From Candidatus Omnitrophica bacterium UBA6249 (GTDB lineage Bacteria > Omnitrophota > Gorgyraeia > Gygaellales > Profunditerraquicolaceae), in NCBI GenBank assembly GCA_002441305.1, contig DJVT01000009.1, positions 76,839 through 140,838 on the forward strand: DNA of 64,000 nucleotides. The letters run 5' to 3'. Below the pieces are notes generated by a model. That model ran no database searches. It was given only the letters and a program-made list of their open reading frames with translations, and was not told the origin of the DNA. How positions within the stretch are numbered: the stretch's first letter is position 1; each line of letters starts with the position of its first letter. A program made the position numbers and the translations under genes. Of this stretch, positions 61,943 through 64,000 are shown one piece after another.

Positions 61943-63169
61943 ATGAGGATTATAAAGGCGACGAACAAACAACTCGAAAAGATCTATAGCCGCGATTCGA
62001 TAAGGCAGCCGCGCGTCGAGGAAAAGGTCAGGAAGATTATAGACGATGTCCGCCTTCTCGGAGACGAGGCGTTATTCAAGTATACCAAGAAATTCGATAA
62101 GGTAAAGCTGATGCCGAGGCAGTTAAAAGTTTCCCAGATCGAGATAAGCGGGGCATATGCGAATATAAGCCCTAATTTCGTCAGTTCCCTTAAGCTGGTG
62201 ATCGAGAATGTAAACCGTTTTTACCGCAAGCAGATGCGCAAGTCCTGGAGGATGAAGGGCGTGGAGGGCGCGGTGCTCGGTGAGAATTATACTCCCCTGG
62301 AAAGGGTGGGTATCTATATACCGGCAGGCACGGCTCCTTTGGTTTCTACCGTCTATATGACTGTGCTGCCGGCTAAACTGGCCGGGGTCAAGAAAACCGT
62401 CCTGGTCAGCCCGCCGGATAAGAACGGCTATATAAATCCGCACATCCTGGTTATGTGCGACTTACTGAAGGTGGATGAAATTTACCGGGTAGGTGGCGCA
62501 CAGGCGGTAGCGGCTCTGGCTTACGGAACAAAGACGATCGCCAGGGTGGATAAGATAGTCGGGCCGGGAAACGTCTATGTAAGCGAGGCTAAGCGCCAGG
62601 TATTCGGATTGGTTGATATAGATATGATTGCCGGGCCCACGGAGCTGGTGGTTATAGCCAACCGTTTCAGCGATCCTAAATTCATCGTCGCCGACCTGCG
62701 CGCGCAAGCGGAGCACGCCCGGGGGCTGGCGATATTAATTACCAACTCCAAGGGGTTGGCCAAGGAGGTCAGGTCCCAGTTGGACAAGGAGAACGGTTAT
62801 ATTATTCTGACCAAGAACCTCAAACAGGCCTGCGAGATTTCCAATCGTATTGCCCCGGAACATCTTGAGATACTGGTGCAGAATCCCAACTGTTTGCTGA
62901 AAGACATAAGGAACGCGGGGGCTGTGTTCCTGGGGCCTTACAGTCCCGCTGCGGTGGGGGATTACGTGGCGGGGCCGAGCCATGTCCTGCCGACTTCCGG
63001 CACGGCGAGATTCTTCTCGGGCCTGAGTGTTTTTGATTTTGTGAAGAGCTGTCATGTGATCGGTTACTCCAAGAAGTCCCTCGAGAAGATGCGCGAGCCG
63101 TTGGAAAAAATCGCGGGGATAGAAGGTTTGCAAAAACACGTGGATTCGGTGAAGGCGAGGTTCATTTAA
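61943..63169 (+). CDS. hisD: histidinol dehydrogenase
   Basis: IVGPGNVYVSEAKRQVFG.VDIDMIAGPTE, AEHA and HVLPTSGTARF are diagnostic. Confidence 0.9.
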   Translation: MRIIKATNKQLEKIYSRDSIRQPRVEEKVRKIIDDVRLLGDEALFKYTKKFDKVKLMPRQLKVSQIEISGAYANISPNFVSSLKLVIENVNRFYRKQMRKSWRMKGVEGAVLGENYTPLERVGIYIPAGTAPLVSTVYMTVLPAKLAGVKKTVLVSPPDKNGYINPHILVMCDLLKVDEIYRVGGAQAVAALAYGTKTIARVDKIVGPGNVYVSEAKRQVFGLVDIDMIAGPTELVVIANRFSDPKFIVADLRAQAEHARGLAILITNSKGLAKEVRSQLDKENGYIILTKNLKQACEISNRIAPEHLEILVQNPNCLLKDIRNAGAVFLGPYSPAAVGDYVAGPSHVLPTSGTARFFSGLSVFDFVKSCHVIGYSKKSLEKMREPLEKIAGIEGLQKHVDSVKARFI

Positions 63170-63181
63170 GGGGGCAGGCAA

Positions 63182-63817
63182 ATGGGGATATTGAAGAAGA
63201 TTTTCGGTTCGAAGGGGGCAGGCAAAAGGACGTCCTCAAGAAGCAGGAACACCAAAGAGACCCGCATCAGGCTGGGCTTGACTGTAGACGGTGAAGGCAG
63301 GTCGCAGATAAAAACCGGGATAGGGTTCCTGGACCATATGCTTGAACTTTTTTCCTTCTGGGGGCATTTTGACCTGGAGGTAAAAGCGGAAGGCGATTTG
63401 AAGGTGGACATACATCATACCAACGAGGATATCGGCATTGTCCTCGGCCAGGCCTTCAAGGAGGCCTTGGGCGACAAGAACGGGATAAAGAGGATCGGCT
63501 CGGCATCCGTGCCCATGGAGGCGGTAACTGCCAGCGTGGCTGTCGATATTTGCGGCCGGGGTTCGTTTAAGCTGGATATCCCGGGCGGATTGGCGCAGGA
63601 TGATGAAAATTACCGTATGGCTTACGCGGAGCATTTTTTTGAATCCTTCGCCCAACAGTTGGGGGCGAATGTAAATATCAGGATAGAAAATCCGAGCAGC
63701 GACCTGCATGCGACATTGGAGCCGGCGTTCAAGGCCCTGGGTATCGCTTTGGACCAGGCCACCCAGATTGACCCGCGCAGGAAAGGGATACCTTCCACTA
63801 AAGGCGTGATTGACTGA
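63182..63817 (+). CDS. hisB: imidazoleglycerol-phosphate dehydratase
   Basis: TKETRIRLGLTVDG, DIHHTNEDIGIVLG and HFFESF are diagnostic. Confidence 0.9.
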   Translation: MGILKKIFGSKGAGKRTSSRSRNTKETRIRLGLTVDGEGRSQIKTGIGFLDHMLELFSFWGHFDLEVKAEGDLKVDIHHTNEDIGIVLGQAFKEALGDKNGIKRIGSASVPMEAVTASVAVDICGRGSFKLDIPGGLAQDDENYRMAYAEHFFESFAQQLGANVNIRIENPSSDLHATLEPAFKALGIALDQATQIDPRRKGIPSTKGVID

Positions 63818-64000
63818 TGAAGATAGCGGTTATCGATTACGGGATGGGGAATATCCATAGTGTCTCCAAGGCCGTGGAGGTCTGCGGGGGCAGGGTAGTC
63901 GTGACCGGGAGCAGGGAGCAGATAGAATCCTGCAGCAAGATTATTCTCCCCGGGGTAGGGGCATTTGACGATGCGGTTTGCGAATTGGAGCGCCTGGGGC
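63817..64000 (+). CDS. hisH: imidazole glycerol phosphate synthase, glutamine amidotransferase subunit (5' part, runs off window)
   Basis: MKIAVIDYGMGNIHSVSKA...ILPGVGAFD. The ATG overlaps the hisB stop (TGATG). Confidence 0.85.
   Translation, partial: MKIAVIDYGMGNIHSVSKAVEVCGGRVVVTGSREQIESCSKIILPGVGAFDDAVCELERLG

Noticed and set aside
1-64000. tRNA, rRNA, tmRNA, riboswitch or transposase genes
   Set aside because: None were recognised by eye in the few non-coding gaps, all of which are under 230 nt. A proper scan (tRNAscan, Infernal) is needed to be certain.

Overview
This 64-kb window is densely coding. Every gene is on the + strand except a GAF-GGDEF gene at 55.6-56.8 kb. All calls come from reading the translations and the DNA by eye; no homology search was run.

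Layout:
(1) 1 to about 23.9 kb is an AT-rich surface-glycan island. Two hand-counted 60-nt lines gave about 27% GC, against about 58% for a line near 37 kb. It holds a CDP-3,6-dideoxyhexose module (rfbF-rfbG-MBL-rfbH), a GNAT-aminotransferase fusion, a split transketolase pair plus the tail of a second one, sugar C-methyltransferases, a frameshifted gmhA-like gene, GT9/GT26/GT2 transferases, an initiating phosphoglycosyl transferase and Wzy/O-antigen-ligase-like membrane proteins.
(2) 23.9-36.6 kb is GC-richer envelope-glycan DNA: a GT-C-like protein, two Dpm1-like GT2 genes, an O-antigen-ligase-like gene, two GT9 genes, manC, degT, gmhB and an MGDG-synthase-like gene.
(3) 36.6-64 kb is housekeeping: priA, fmt, two tandem galT-like genes, gap-pgk-tpiA-secG, a BT1/MFS-like transporter, marC-glgC-GNAT, bcd-etfB-etfA, HTH-smc, a secreted Cys-rich protein, recA-recX, alaS and hisD-hisB-hisH.

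I saw no rRNA, tRNA, CRISPR array, transposase or integrase.

Most notable observations:
- A previously unrecognised-looking 51-bp bipartite element (15-bp box, exactly 18 nt of variable spacer, 18-bp box) occurs as 10 half-sites at operon starts between 30 and 59 kb. Three of them form head-to-head inverted doublets.
- Several near-consensus sigma70 promoters sit 6-8 nt from the ATG, which implies leaderless mRNAs.
- PriA has degenerate helicase motifs.
- In the tandem GalT-like pair, one copy has lost the nucleophilic His.
- Three 42-bp hairpin repeats lie between recA and recX.
- The dideoxy-sugar module has an E1-type [2Fe-2S] motif but no E3 partner.
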